Position numbers and translations under genes: made by a program. From NCBI GenBank assembly GCA_963829055.1, contig CAWHHI010000004.1, positions 128,001-192,000 of the forward strand: a stretch of 64,000 bases of DNA, read 5' to 3'. This document shows, one piece after another, positions 43,687 to 55,922 of this stretch (the stretch's first letter is position 1; the number at the start of each line of letters is the position of its first letter). The stretch comes from an uncultured Gemmatimonadaceae bacterium (lineage in GTDB: Bacteria; Gemmatimonadota; Gemmatimonadetes; Gemmatimonadales; Gemmatimonadaceae). A model generated the notes under the pieces. It did no database searches and was not told the DNA's origin. It was given only the letters and a program-made list of their open reading frames with translations.

Positions 43687-45692
43687 ATGTCTGCACGCAC
43701 ACTTACACGCACATCGCACGTTCCCGCCGCGCTGCGCCGCGGATTCTTTGCCCTGGCCACGACAGCATCGGCCATCGGCGCCCAGCAGCCCGCGCGCCCG
43801 CCGAGTCAACCGCCGACGCCGCGTGTCGTCCGCGCCAATGAGATCCCGAGTCAGGCTCCCAATGCCACGAACCCCGTGCGGGGTATCAGAGACCGGGCGG
43901 AGCTCGAGGCGTTCCTCGACGGCTTGATGACGGCGAACCTCGGCGACAAGCACGTAGCTGGCGCCACCGTCGCCGTCGTGAAGGACGGCGCGCTGTTCTT
44001 CGCCAAGGGCTACGGCTGGGCCGACGCCAACCGTCGGACTCCCGTCAGTGGCGAGCGGACGCTGTTCCGCATCGGCTCCATCAGCAAGCTGTTCACGTGG
44101 ACCGCGGTGATGCAGCTCGTCGAGCAGGGGAAGCTCGACCTCGACACCGACGTCAATCGCTACCTGGATTTCAAGATCCCGGACACGTATCCGAAGCAGC
44201 CGATCACGCTGCGGCACATCATGACGCACACGCCGGGCTTCGAGGAGGACGGACGCGACCTGATCACGGATGATTCAACGCGTCTGACGACGCTCGGGAA
44301 GTGGCTCCAGACGCACATTCCCGGTCGCGTGCGCCCGCCCGGTACGTACTCATCGTACTCGAACTACGCGACGGCGTTAGCCGGCTACATCGTGGAGCGC
44401 GTCTCCGGCGTGCCGTGGGATGACTATATCGAGCAGCACATCATCACGCCGCTCGGGATGACGCAAACCACGACGCGGCAGCCGCTCCCGGCGAAGTTCG
44501 CGGCGGACATGTCGGGCGGCTTCTCGTGGGGCGGTGGCCGCTACGAGCCGCACAAGTTCGAGCTCGTTCTCCCCGCGCCCGCCGGCTCGATCGGCTCGAG
44601 CGCGACGGACATGGCGAAGTTCATGCTCGCGCACCTCGGCAACGGCGAGTACAACGGCCAGCGCATACTCGCGGAGTCGACGGCGGTGCGCATGCACACG
44701 CGCACGTTCACGCACGACCCGCGTCTTCCCGGGTTCGACCTTGGCTTCTACGAGAAGTCGAGTCACGGCCTCGAGATCATAGGACACGGCGGCGACACCG
44801 GGTGGTTTCACAGCGACCTGGCCCTCATCCCTGGCGAGCGGCTCGGCGTGTTCGTGTCGTACAACACGAACACCGGCGGAGAGCTGAGCTTCGGGACGTT
44901 CCTGCGAGAGTTCCTCGACCACTATTACCCGATCACGCCTAACGCGCCGGTACCCTTCGCCGGCGCGGTCGAACAGGCGAAGCGTGTGGCCGGCGAGTAC
45001 GAGTTCAACCGACGCTCGTATACGACCTTCCAGCGGGCGCTCGGACTGGCTGGCGCGATCAGCGTGAACGCCCTGGACAGCGGGCGCGTGTTGCTGCACT
45101 CGCCGTTAGGCGATACGCAGCTCGTTCCGGTCGGCCCGATGCTCTACCGCGACGCGAAGGGCGACGACCTCGTGTCGTTCAAGACCGGGTCGGACAGCAC
45201 GGTGCGCTATGGCTTCCTCGGTGCAGCGCCCATGATGGTGATGGAGCGTGTGCCGTGGTATTCGTCGCCGAAGCTTCACTGGATGGTGCTCGGGCTCGGG
45301 ATCGTCGTCTTCGCGGGCCTCATTGTCGCGGCGGTCCTGCGCCTGGTGCGTCGCCGCCTCGGGACGTTACGGCCAGAGGATCGGCTGCCCGGCAGGTTGC
45401 TCGTCGGTCCTGCCGGCGCTGATGAACCTCGTGTTCCTCGTCGCGGTGGGCGTGATCATCGGATCCGGCGGTGGGCTGCTCGAGGGGCCGCTGACCGGCC
45501 TCAAGATCGCGCTCGCGCTTCCGGTGCTCGGTGCGCTGCTCGCGCTCGGCGCGGCCGTAGCCGCCGCACGCCACTGGATGACCGGGGCAGGGACGCGCGG
45601 CGCGCGGCTGCGCTACAGCTCGGCCGTGGTCATGGCGCTCCTGTTCGTCGTGGTCGCTGAGCCAGTGGAATCTGCTCGGGTGGCGGATGTAG
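43687..45692 (+). CDS. serine hydrolase (beta-lactamase/PBP-like) with C-terminal TM helices (frameshifts near the end)
   Basis: SISK, YSN and HGG motifs; ends WNLLGWRM. Confidence 0.9.
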
Positions 45693-45744
45693 GTCCCCGC
45701 GGCCCCATCGCAGTAAGGGACGTTAGGCGCTCGTGTTGCGGAGC

Positions 45745-45785
45745 AAAGCCCGTCGCTGGCCAATGGCCAGCGACGGGCTTTTTGT
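45745..45785 (+). terminator. intrinsic terminator, possibly bidirectional
   Basis: AAAGCCCGTCGCTGGCCA / TGGCCAGCGACGGGCTTT stem with T-run, between convergent genes. Confidence 0.85.
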
Positions 45786-45860
45786 TGCGCCGAACGCGCA
45801 GCGGTCGTTCAACTGCGGTTCACGTAAGGACCTACACAGCACCATCGGAAGCGGTCAATG

Positions 45861-47402
45861 TCAGCGCTCCAGCTTGAACCCGGGGTCCAGCTTCGGCCGC
45901 TCCGGCGCGTTCGCCACGAACCACCCCGTCAGGTAGATCCACTGCGCCATGCGCGTGAGCTTCGGATAGTCGATGCGGTCGGGGTTGTCGCGCGGCGTGT
46001 GATAGTCGTCGTGCAGGTTGGTCGAGTACATCAGCGCCGGGACGTTCAGGCGCGCGTACGGCAGGTGATCGCTGCGGAAGTACCAACCCTCCGGGTGCGT
46101 CGGCCGATCCCAGATCGTGTCGAGCACGAACTTTCCCGTCAGCGCGTTCGCGCTGGAGCGCCATCGCCACGAGATCGCTCGAGTTGCGGTGCGGCGGCTG
46201 GCGCCGAGCAACGCGGCCGAGTCGGGGTTGTTGCGCCCGATCATGTCGCCGTTGAGCACGGCGACGATCTGCGCGAGCGGCACCACCGGATGCGCCGCGT
46301 GATAGCGCGAGCCGATCAGCCCGCGCTCCTCGGAGCCGTGATTGATGAAGAGCACCGAACGCTTGCCCGGCTGCTTGACGAACGCGCGGGCCGCGGCGAG
46401 GTCAGCGGCGGTCACCGACGCATTGTCGTCGGCGCCGGCGTGCACCGAGTCGCCCTCCAGCGTGGTGCGCACGCCGTTGGCATCCTGGTGCGAGCTGAAC
46501 ACCACGTACTCGTCGCGCAGCTTGGGATCGGTACCGCGCACGACGCCGATGACGTTCACCGACGGCGTCGTGAATCGCTCGAGTCGAATCGAGAGCTCGA
46601 CCTGCGGCTGCTGCGCGAGCGTCTCGCGCATCGCGGCGTGCACGAGGAAGCGTCGGCGTCGGGCCGGTGCCGAGCGCGGGCGGCGGCGCGATGCGCGGCG
46701 AGCCGTTCGCGGCGCGCGGTACGGCGTTGTCGACGTCGTACGTACCGCGGCTCCGCGTCGACGACACGACATCGAACGCGCTGTCCACCGCCGCGTTCGC
46801 GACCAGCAGAACGGCTGCCGCCCCGCGCCGCGCGAACCGCGCGGCGGTACCGTTCACGGCGGCGTCTGCGTAGCGGGAGGCAAAGGTGTAGCTGTTCGCG
46901 CGGATGCTGGACGGCACGGGCGCGAGCAGCGGGGTGGCAACGATGCGCCCGCGTATGTCGGCCGTGGTGTCCGACGCGTCCGGCACCCAGAGCACGGCTC
47001 CGGTTGCTTCCGCGGGCACGACGCCGAGCGGGATGAAGTCGCCGAACAGCGTCATCGCCTGCCCGCCGATGCTCGCTCGGCTCGCCGTGACCGAGACGCG
47101 CGTGCGCGTCATGTCGAACCACTGGAACCAGGTGCCGTCGTCGCCCATCGGCTTGAGCCCGATGTGGCGGTACTGGTCGGCTACCCATATCGGAGGCGCG
47201 CATCTCGTCGATCGTGCCTCCTTCGCGACCGCGCATTCCGGGCGACGGCCATCTCGCCGACGTCGCGTCGGAGGTCGGCCTCGCGAACAGCGGTGTACGC
47301 GGCGGGGAGCTCGGAGCGGCGCGCGCTGGACTGGGCGGCGAGCGGAGCGGCGAAGCAGAGAAGAGCGCCGGAGACGAGCCGAGTGGTGGGCGAGATGCGC
47401 AT
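45861..47402 (-). CDS. secreted M28 family peptidase (frameshifted)
   Basis: NVIG, SHQD, GADDNAS, SEERGLIGS, RSDH, DYHTP; signal peptide. Confidence 0.9.
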
Positions 47403-47634
47403 GCGGAGATGATGGGGTTTTGAGCGGCACGCGGGATGCGCGTCGGTGGCCCTATATGGCGACGCGGCGGCGCGGCGACAAGCGGAGCCGTATGCGGCGG
47501 CGCGTGTCATGCTGCACCAACGACCCGCGTAGCATGCGATCTCTCTCCATGGGTACGTCCCGCGCCGCGGTCCCGAGCCGCCCCAGCTCACCTCGCGCCC
47601 TCGCGGCGTCGAGGCGCACGCTCGTCGCGCCAGA

Positions 47635-48963
47635 GTGATGCGTTTCCTGATGCGTCTCGCGCTGGTGTGTCTCGCGCTCTGCGCCATTTCCGTCGCGGCG
47701 TGCGACCAGCGGCCGAGTGGCGGGAGTGTCGTCACGATCTCCGGGAGCGCGCTCGGAACCGAGGGGGCAGTGCTGCGCCGCCAGATCGCGCGGTTCAGGG
47801 CGCAGCACCCGGGGCTTCGCGTCGAGATCCAGCCCACGCCGGATGACGCGACGCAGCGACATCAGCTGTACGTCCAGTGGCTCAACGCGCACGCCGGCGC
47901 TCCAGACATTCTCCAGCTCGACGTCGTCTGGACGCCGGAGTTCGCCGCGGCGGGATGGATCCTTCCACTCGAGCGGTTCTCCCCGGCCCGCGACAGCTTC
48001 TTCAAGGCGACCATCGAGGCGAACGTCTGGTCCGGGAAGCTTTTCGCGATCCCGTGGTTCGTCGATGTGGGACTCCTCTACTGGCGAACCGATCTTCTCG
48101 CCCACGCGCCTGCGAGCATGGCGGAGCTCGTGCAGCTGGCGCGCGAGGGCATGACCGCGCCGGGCGGCGCGCGATACGGCATCGTGTGGCAGGGAGCGCG
48201 GTACGAGGGCCTGGTCACCGTCTTTCTCGAGTACCTCGGTGGCTTCGGCGGCCGGATCATGACCGGCGACGGCCGCGTGGTCGTCGACTCGCCCGAGGCG
48301 ATCCGCGCGCTGACCTTCATGCGTGACGCGATCTACGGCTCGCGGATCGCGCCGCAGGAGGTGCTGACCTGGCACGAGGAGGAGGCGCGCTTCGCGTTTC
48401 AGAACGGCTCCGCCGTGTTCATGCGCAACTGGCCGTACGCGTACGCGCTCCTGGCCGGCGGGGCCGATTCACGGGTTAGGGCCAAGTTCGCCGTGACCAC
48501 GATGCCGGCGGCACCGGGAGGGCGACCCACTGCCGCGTTAGGTGGCGCGCAGCTCGCGCTCAACGCCTACAGCCGCGCCCCCGACAGCGCGTATGCCGTC
48601 ATCGCGTACCTCACCGCGCCGGCCCAGATGCTCGAGCGCGCTGAGGTCGTCGGCCAGTTCCCGACGCGGCCGGCGCTGTACGACGATCCGCGCCTAACGG
48701 CTGCGCTCGACGTGCCGCCCGCCGATGCCCGGCGGGCGATCGAGAGCGCGACGCCGCGCCCGGTGATTCCGATCTGGACACAGCTTTCGGAGCTCCTGCA
48801 GATCCAGCTCCACCGCGCGCTGGCGCGGCAGACGTCGCCCGAAGAGGCACTGCGCACCGCCGCGCGCGAGATGAACGCCCTGGTCGAGCGGACGCGCGTG
48901 CGTGAGCTCATGGCGGGAACTGTCGCGGCGGGAACTGTGACGACGGAGGCGGTTGAGCGATGA
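47635..48963 (+). CDS. sugar ABC transporter substrate-binding lipoprotein (trehalose/maltose-type)
   Basis: lipobox VAAC; DVVWTPEFA, WQGARYEGL, FMRNWPY, LGG. Confidence 0.9.
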   Translation: MMRFLMRLALVCLALCAISVAACDQRPSGGSVVTISGSALGTEGAVLRRQIARFRAQHPGLRVEIQPTPDDATQRHQLYVQWLNAHAGAPDILQLDVVWTPEFAAAGWILPLERFSPARDSFFKATIEANVWSGKLFAIPWFVDVGLLYWRTDLLAHAPASMAELVQLAREGMTAPGGARYGIVWQGARYEGLVTVFLEYLGGFGGRIMTGDGRVVVDSPEAIRALTFMRDAIYGSRIAPQEVLTWHEEEARFAFQNGSAVFMRNWPYAYALLAGGADSRVRAKFAVTTMPAAPGGRPTAALGGAQLALNAYSRAPDSAYAVIAYLTAPAQMLERAEVVGQFPTRPALYDDPRLTAALDVPPADARRAIESATPRPVIPIWTQLSELLQIQLHRALARQTSPEEALRTAAREMNALVERTRVRELMAGTVAAGTVTTEAVER

Positions 48964-49889
48964 CGCGTTCCACTTCGACGCGTTCCACTTCGACGCGTTC
49001 CACTTCGACCGAGGATCCGCGCATCGGCTGGGTCTACGTTGCGCCAGCGGTGGCGATCGTGCTGCTCATCGCGCTCTTTCCGCTCGCCTGGACGCTCTGG
49101 GAGTCGCTGCATCAACATGACCTGCGGATGCCGTGGCTCGGCCGGCCGTTCGTCGGGCTGGCGAACTACGCCGAGATCCTCCGCGACGCGCGATTCTGGG
49201 GTGCGCTCGGACACACGGTGTTCTTCGCCGTCACGTCGATCGTGCTGGAGCTCGTGCTCGGCCTCTTCCTGGCGCTCGCGCTGAACGAGACCTTCCGCGG
49301 CCGCGGGTTGGTACGTGCGGCGGTGCTCGTCCCGTGGGCGATCCCAACGGTTGTCGCCGCGCTCCTCTGGCGATTCATGTTCGACTCGCAAGCGGGGATC
49401 GCCAACGCGATGCTCGTGCGCGTCGGCGTGCTCGACCAGCCCATCGTCTGGTTCATCCGCGCGGCGACAGCGTGGGTGCCGGTGATCCTCGCCGACGTGT
49501 GGAAGACGACACCGTTCGTTGCGCTGCTCCTGTTGGCGGGGCTGCAGAACATCGATCGCTCGCTCTACGAAGCGGCCGCGACCGACGGTGCCGGTCCGTG
49601 GTGGCAGCTCCGGCACATCACGCTTCCGCTGCTCGCGCCCGCGATGCTCGTCGTGCTGATCTTCCGCACGCTCGACGCCTTCCGGGTGTTCGACCTGATC
49701 TACGTGCTCACCGGTGGCGGTCCGGGCACATCGACGGAGCCGATCTCGATCTACGCGTTCAACGCGATGCTTCAAAATCTCGAGTTCGGCTACGGCGCGG
49801 CGCTATCGGTGGTGATCTTCCTCGTGACCTTCGCGCTCGCCGTGCTCTACATCAAAGGGCTCGGCGCCGACGTTGGTGGCCGTCGATGA
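48960..49889 (+). CDS. sugar ABC transporter permease
   Basis: FVGLANY, DVWKTTPF, LYEAAATDGA EAA loop. Confidence 0.95.
   Translation: MTRSTSTRSTSTRSTSTEDPRIGWVYVAPAVAIVLLIALFPLAWTLWESLHQHDLRMPWLGRPFVGLANYAEILRDARFWGALGHTVFFAVTSIVLELVLGLFLALALNETFRGRGLVRAAVLVPWAIPTVVAALLWRFMFDSQAGIANAMLVRVGVLDQPIVWFIRAATAWVPVILADVWKTTPFVALLLLAGLQNIDRSLYEAAATDGAGPWWQLRHITLPLLAPAMLVVLIFRTLDAFRVFDLIYVLTGGGPGTSTEPISIYAFNAMLQNLEFGYGAALSVVIFLVTFALAVLYIKGLGADVGGRR
48962..49008 (+). repeat. 15-bp tandem repeat x3 (encodes TRSTS x3)
   Basis: GACGCGTTCCACTTC repeated three times at the permease start. Confidence 0.9.
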
Positions 49890-50713
49890 CGTCGACCGGT
49901 TGGCACCGCTGGATCGCGGGCGCGGTGCTCGTGGTGCTCGTGGGGCTCACCGCGTTCCCCTTCTACTGGGGAATCGTCGCGTCGCTCACGCCTGAGGCCG
50001 CGCTCTTTCGCGAGCCGTCGCTCTGGCCCACCCACATCATTCTCGATCACTATCGCGCGCTGTTCGATGAGCGCGACTTCTGGATCCCGATCCGGAACTC
50101 GATCGTCGTCGCCGGAACGACGACGCTGTTGTGTCTCGCGGTCGGCTCGCTCGCGGCGTACGCGCTCGCGCGGCTCGAGTTCCGCGGCAAGACGGGCATC
50201 CTGTCGCTCATTCTCGCGGTCACGATGTTCCCGCAGATCTCGATCGTGAGCCCGCTCTACCTGCTGCTGCGTGCGCTCCGACTGATCGACACGTATCCGG
50301 GACTGATCCTGCCGTATCTGACGTTCGCCATGCCGCTCGCCGTCTGGCTGCTCGTCGGATTCTTCCGGCAGTTGCCGTTCGATCTCGAGGAAGCGGCACT
50401 CGTCGACGGCGCATCGCGCTGGCAGAGCTTCACGCGTGTGATCCTTCCCGTCAGCGTTCCGGCGCTCGCGACGACGGCGATCCTCACGTTCATCTATTGC
50501 TGGAACGAGTTCCTGTTCGCGCTCTCGTTCACGCTCGGGCCGGAACGGCAGACTGTGCCGGTGGCGATCGCACTGTTCCGCGGCCAGTACCAGGTGCCGT
50601 GGGGGCAGATTCTCGCGGCGGCTGTCGTCGCGACGGTGCCGGTCGCAGCGCTGGTGCTGATCGCCCAACGTCGCATTGTGCAGGGCCTGACCGCGGGAGC
50701 GGTGAAGGGTTAG
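49886..50713 (+). CDS. sugar ABC transporter permease
   Basis: AAYALARL, LEEAALVDGA, WNEF, QGLTAGAVKG. Confidence 0.95.
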   Translation: MTSTGWHRWIAGAVLVVLVGLTAFPFYWGIVASLTPEAALFREPSLWPTHIILDHYRALFDERDFWIPIRNSIVVAGTTTLLCLAVGSLAAYALARLEFRGKTGILSLILAVTMFPQISIVSPLYLLLRALRLIDTYPGLILPYLTFAMPLAVWLLVGFFRQLPFDLEEAALVDGASRWQSFTRVILPVSVPALATTAILTFIYCWNEFLFALSFTLGPERQTVPVAIALFRGQYQVPWGQILAAAVVATVPVAALVLIAQRRIVQGLTAGAVKG

Positions 50714-50898
50714 GCGCGGTCAGACCGGACAATGCGGGGCCGGGCTGAGCCTGCGCGGTTGGCCGCACAGGTCTGCTTGCGCCCCGCGCGTACTGGTTCA
50801 AATCTGTTGCCGTCCCAAGCAGCGCTCCCGCCGCTTTCGACGAACCTGCACGTCAGGAGCCCGTCCACCACACATTGCTCGACGCAGGAGGACCGCGT

Positions 50899-53601
50899 AT
50901 GCTGCGGAAACGACCGTTAGTTCACTCCCACGTGTTCCGCCTCGCTGCCGCGCTCACGGCAGTCTCGTGCCTAACGCTCACACCGGCACGTGCCCGCTCG
51001 CAGGAGGCGGTGCCGACCGGCTCCGTAGCCGGCAGGGTGACGAACGAGCAGGGCGCGCCGCTCGTCGGTGCCCAGGTCTTCATTGAAGGCACCAACCTCG
51101 GTGCGGTGACCCGGGACAGCGGCCAGTACGTCATCGCCCGTATCCCCGTCGGTTCTCGCATCCTGCGCGTGCGCCTCGTCGGCTTCCGCTCGCAGACGGC
51201 TTCCCTCACCATCGCGGCGGACCAGCGCGCAACGCAGAACTTCACGCTCGTGCAGGACCCGTTGAGCCTCGAGGCTGTGGTCGTCACCGGGTCGGTGGCG
51301 CCACGCGTGAATCAGGAGTCGAGTGTCGCCATCACCACGCTCACGCCGGAGCTGATCGAACAGGCAGCGCCGCGGAGCTCGACCGAGATGCTCCGCTTCG
51401 TGCCCGGCTTCACACGCGTGGAGAGCTCCGGCGGAGAGGTCAACCAGAACATCACCATGCGCGGGATCCTCGGCGTCGAGTACGTGATGTTCATGGAAGA
51501 CGGCATGCCGGTGTTCCCGACGATGCACACGTTCTTCATGAACGCGGACAACCTGTTCCGGCCCGACGACAACATTGAGCAGATGGAGGTCGTTCGCGGT
51601 GGGAGCTCGGCGCTGTTCGGCTCGAACACGCCTGGCGCGATCATCAACATCATCAACAAGACCGGCGGCCCCGAATTGCACGGCAGCCTGCGGGCGTCGG
51701 CGGGAACGGGTGGGCTCGCGCGCTACGAGTTCAACACCAACGGCCCGCTCGGCGACCAGTGGCGTTTCAACTTCGGCGGATTCTATCGGTACGACCGCGG
51801 GCATTCGCGACCCGGGGTTCCCCGGGAATCCGCGGCGGACAGGCCAAGGCCAACGTGACCCGCCTCCTCGACAACGGCTACTTCCGGCTGTCGGGCAAGG
51901 TCATCGACGATCGCAACCAGTTCATCCTCCCGCTTCCGTTCACGAACCCGGGGGACCCGACGTACGTGCCGGGCTTCGGGGACTACGGTGCGATGAGCAC
52001 GATCGAGGGGAACCACATCCGCGTGCCGACGCCTAACGGGCAGCTGGAGCTCCCGCTGGACGACGGACTCCGGACACAGGCCGGATGGATTACCGCCGAC
52101 GCCGCGTTCGACCTCGCCAGCGGCTGGCGCGTGCAGAACACCGGGCAGGCGATGCGGAATGCCCAGGCGTGGAACGCGATCGTCCCGAGCGACGTCATGC
52201 CGGCCGCGGACTTCGTGACCAGGCCGAAAAACCAGGGTGGTCTCGGATTCCCCGCCGGCACTCCGTTCACCTATACCTACACCAACCGCGACGATCCCAC
52301 GGGGAAATCCGTCGCCGTTCGGCACGCCGAACGGGCTCGTGGCTCCGGGTGGGGAGTGGCACATCGAGAAGCCGCTCGCGGCCTTCCAGGACCAGTTCCA
52401 GGTCCGGAAAGGGTTCGGCGGAGAACGCCATGTCGTTAGGTCTGTACTTCGCCAACTACTCGCAGACCAACCGCTGGTACTTCACCGACATTCTCACGGA
52501 CGTGCAGGACAACCCGGAGTTCCTCGACCTGACGGTGTCGAGCGGCGGCCGCTCGATCCCGATCACGAAGAACGGATTCCGGCACTTCATATCGAATTAC
52601 GTGAACGGAACGGGGCAGGCCACCATCGTCTCCGGATCGCTCGGCGGCGCGTTCCGCCCGACACAGCGGTTGCGGGTCGACGCTGGGGTACGGTGGGAGT
52701 ACAACGACTTCGTGCAGAGCTCCGAGAACTCGTCGATCGTCGACCTCGACGGGGATTCGACGACGACGTACGACGCCGAGCCGTGGGGGAACTCGACCTT
52801 CCGGCACTTCAGCCGCAGCCTGGACGACTGGGCGGGATCGCTGGGGCTCAACTTCCAGTTGAACGACCGGGTTGCCTTGTATGCGTCAGGCGGGCGGGCG
52901 TACAAGATGCCGGCGCTGGATGAGTTCCTGAACGCGACGTCGCCGGAGCAGGTCTCGCTGTTCGACTCTCGCGAAGTGCGGAACGTCGAAGGCGGAGTGA
53001 AGTTCGCCGCGCCGAGCTTCGGCTTCACGGTCAACGGGTTCTACACCCAGCTCAAGAACATCGTGGGGCAGGGCGCGGTGACCGATACGGCGACGGGGCG
53101 GACGACGTGGATCGTGCTGACCAGCCCCGAGAACAACTCGTACGGCGCCGAGCTCGAGATCGCCGGCTCGCCCTTCCGCTCGCTGCGATTGGACGCGAAC
53201 GGGACGTGGCTCAAGGCCGAGTTGGGATCGGGTGCCGGTGCGGATGTCGGCAGCTGGATCAACGGTGTTCCGAAGGTGATCTCGAACCTCGCCGCGACAT
53301 ACTCCGATCGCGAAATTCCGCGTTGAGCGGCGACTGGCACTTCGTGGGGAGCCGGTTCTCGGACGTGAAGGCGGGGAACAAGCTGCCGCAGTACAGCGTC
53401 TACAACTTCGGCGCAGGATACTTGTTCCCGAAGTCGCGGCTGACCCTCACGGCCGATCTGCAGAACGCCTTCCAGTCGAAGGGGCTCGAGGAGGGGAACC
53501 CGCGGCTGGCGTTGCTCGCCGGTGGTCGGACGAGCAATCTGTTCCTCGCACGCCCACTGCTCCCGCGTCGTGTCATGGTGTCGCTGCGTCACGACTACTA
53601 G
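50899..53601 (+). CDS. TonB-dependent receptor with N-terminal carboxypeptidase-regulatory-like domain (frameshifted)
   Basis: signal peptide; VVVTG; plug motif MEVVRGGSSALFGSNTPGAIIN; barrel strands ending RHDY. Confidence 0.9.
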
Positions 53602-53604
53602 CGG

Positions 53605-55922
53605 ATGTCATTCCGACCTCGGGTGTCACTCCGACCTCGGGTGTCATTCCGAGCGAAGCGAGGAATCCGTACCGTGCCGGTAGAGGGACCTCGGGCCCTC
53701 TGCCGGGACGGTCGGCTTCACCTCATCGCCATGACGGCGATGCTTCTTCTCGCAGCCGCTCCGATCGCCGCTCAGGACTCGACGTTCCTGCTCGTGGCCG
53801 ACCGACCGTCCGCCGACTTCCCCGCTGCGTTAGGCAACGGGCGGTTCAGCATGTTGACCTCGCCGCGCGGCGTGGATCCGACGCACTCCTTCCTCGCCGG
53901 GCTGTACGAGCGCGCCCGAGGCGACGTCCCGCGCATCGCGTCGCTCCCCGCGTGGAACGCGATCGATTTCTTCAACGGCGACGTCGTGGCTCGGTGGCGC
54001 GACACTCGCCGACTCGGTGCTGCGCTCGTACCGGCAGACGGTGAACATGTACGACGGCACGGTGCACACGTCGTACGACTGGGTCGATGGCGGCCGGCGG
54101 ACGTCGGTGCGGGTTCACGCGTTCGTCTCTCGCGCCGACCCGTCGCTCGCCGCGGTCCGGCTCGAGCTGACCCCGCACTACGCCGGCCGCGTACGGACGT
54201 CGTTCACGCTCCGCCCGTGGCCGCCGCCGCGCCGTCTCGCGCTCGCCGAGATCGCGCGCCTCGACACGTGCGGTGCGGAACGCCGACCTGTGGTATCCCG
54301 GTCACATGACGGTGCAGTCGCGTCACGCCGAGCGATCGACCCCGAGGCGGCCTGCTCTCGATGACCTCGAGCCCCGAGGGCGGAAGCGCCACCGTCGCGC
54401 AGGCGGTCGCAGCGATCTGGCCGACGACGCTGCGGAACGTGACGGCCCGAACCGACACGTCCGATAGCGCGATCGTCGCCGAAGTCGCGTTCGACGCGTC
54501 GCCCGGAGAGACGTACACGTTCGACAAGGTCGTGAGCGTCGAGTCCTCGCAAGACGCGCCCGACCCGTCGCCGCGTGCCGTTCGCGCCGCGGAGCGCGGG
54601 CGCTCCCTCGGCTTCGATGCGCTCTCCCGCGAGCATGTCGCCGCGTGGCACGCGCTCTGGAGGACCGACATCCGCATCGAGGGCAATCCGGAGCTCCAGC
54701 GCACGGTACACGCGGTACTGTTCCATCTGCTGAACAGCGGACCAGCGCGGAGCGGGTGGAGCATCCCGCCCATGGGCCTAACGAGCGCGCGGGTACTATG
54801 GGCACGTGTTCTGGGATGCCGACACGTGGATGTTCCCCGCGCTGCTGCTCGCGCACCCGGACATCGCGCGCTCCATGGTGATGTTTCGCTACCGAACGCT
54901 CGATGCGGCGAAGCAGAACGCGCGAGCGAATGGATTCCGCGGCGCAATGTATCCGTGGGAGGCCGACGATCGCGGCGAGGAGACGACCCCGCGGTTCGCG
55001 TCGCAGAACGCGCACTCGGAGATCCACGTCACCGGCGACGTCGGCGTCGCACAGTGGCAGTACTACCAGGCCACCGGCGACTCGGCGTGGCTCGCGCGCT
55101 ACGGCTATCCGGTCATCCGTGAGACCGCGGAGTTCTGGGTGAGTCGAGCGACCTGCGACTGCGGCTCGCTGCGACATCCGCAATGTCGTCTCGGTCGATG
55201 AAGGGATGGTCGGCATCTCGAACGACGCCTACACGAACGCCGTGGCGCGAAAGAACCTTCTGGCCGCCGTCGCGGCGAGTCGGGTGCTCGGCCAGCGACC
55301 GAGCCCGAGATGGGAACAGGTCGCCACGCGACTGTACATCCCGTTCGACTCGGCCGGCGAGTATCACCGTACGTACGAGCGTGCCCCGCCCGCTACGCTC
55401 GGCTCGGTCGTGCCGCTCCTCGCCTATCCGCTCGCGGTCCCGATGAGCGAGCGCGCAAAGCGCGCCGATCTCGACAACGCCGTGCGCCGACTGGCCAACG
55501 AAGGGCCGGGTGCGATGATGACGGCCACTCTCTACCCCGTCGTTGCGGCCGAGCTGCGCGATCGGACGTTGGTGGATACGCTGCTCCCACTGACGTATCG
55601 CGGGTACCTTCGCGGTCCGTTCCGTATTCTGGCCGAGACGCCGAAGAATGACGCGGTGAACTTCCTGACCGGAGCGGGCGGCTTTCTTCAGCAGGTGATC
55701 TACGGCTACACGGGACTCCGGCTCGGAGACGATGGCGTTAGGCGCGCGTTCGCTCCCGTCCTGCCGTCGAGCATCTCGCGGCTCACACTGCGCGGCTTCC
55801 GCATCCGCGGGAAGTGCTACGACATCGTCGTCGAGAACGACCAGCTTCGCATGAATCCGACAGCTGTCCCACGCGCTTCATCCAGGCCAGCGATGCCGCC
55901 GGTCGCAAACCCGCCGTGCTGA
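53605..55922 (+). CDS. glycoside hydrolase family 65 protein, hydrolase type, secreted (frameshifted)
   Basis: LGNGRF, FWDADTW, GAMYPWE, EIHVTGD, VSVDE, NFLTGAGGFLQ; alternative start 53731. Confidence 0.85.
53606..53712. repeat. REP-like element: 18-bp tandem units, GTCATTCCGAGCGAAGCGAGGAATC, then a hairpin
   Basis: TGTCAYTCCGACCTCGGG x2, family core, then IR 53671-53687 / 53696-53712. Confidence 0.8.
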
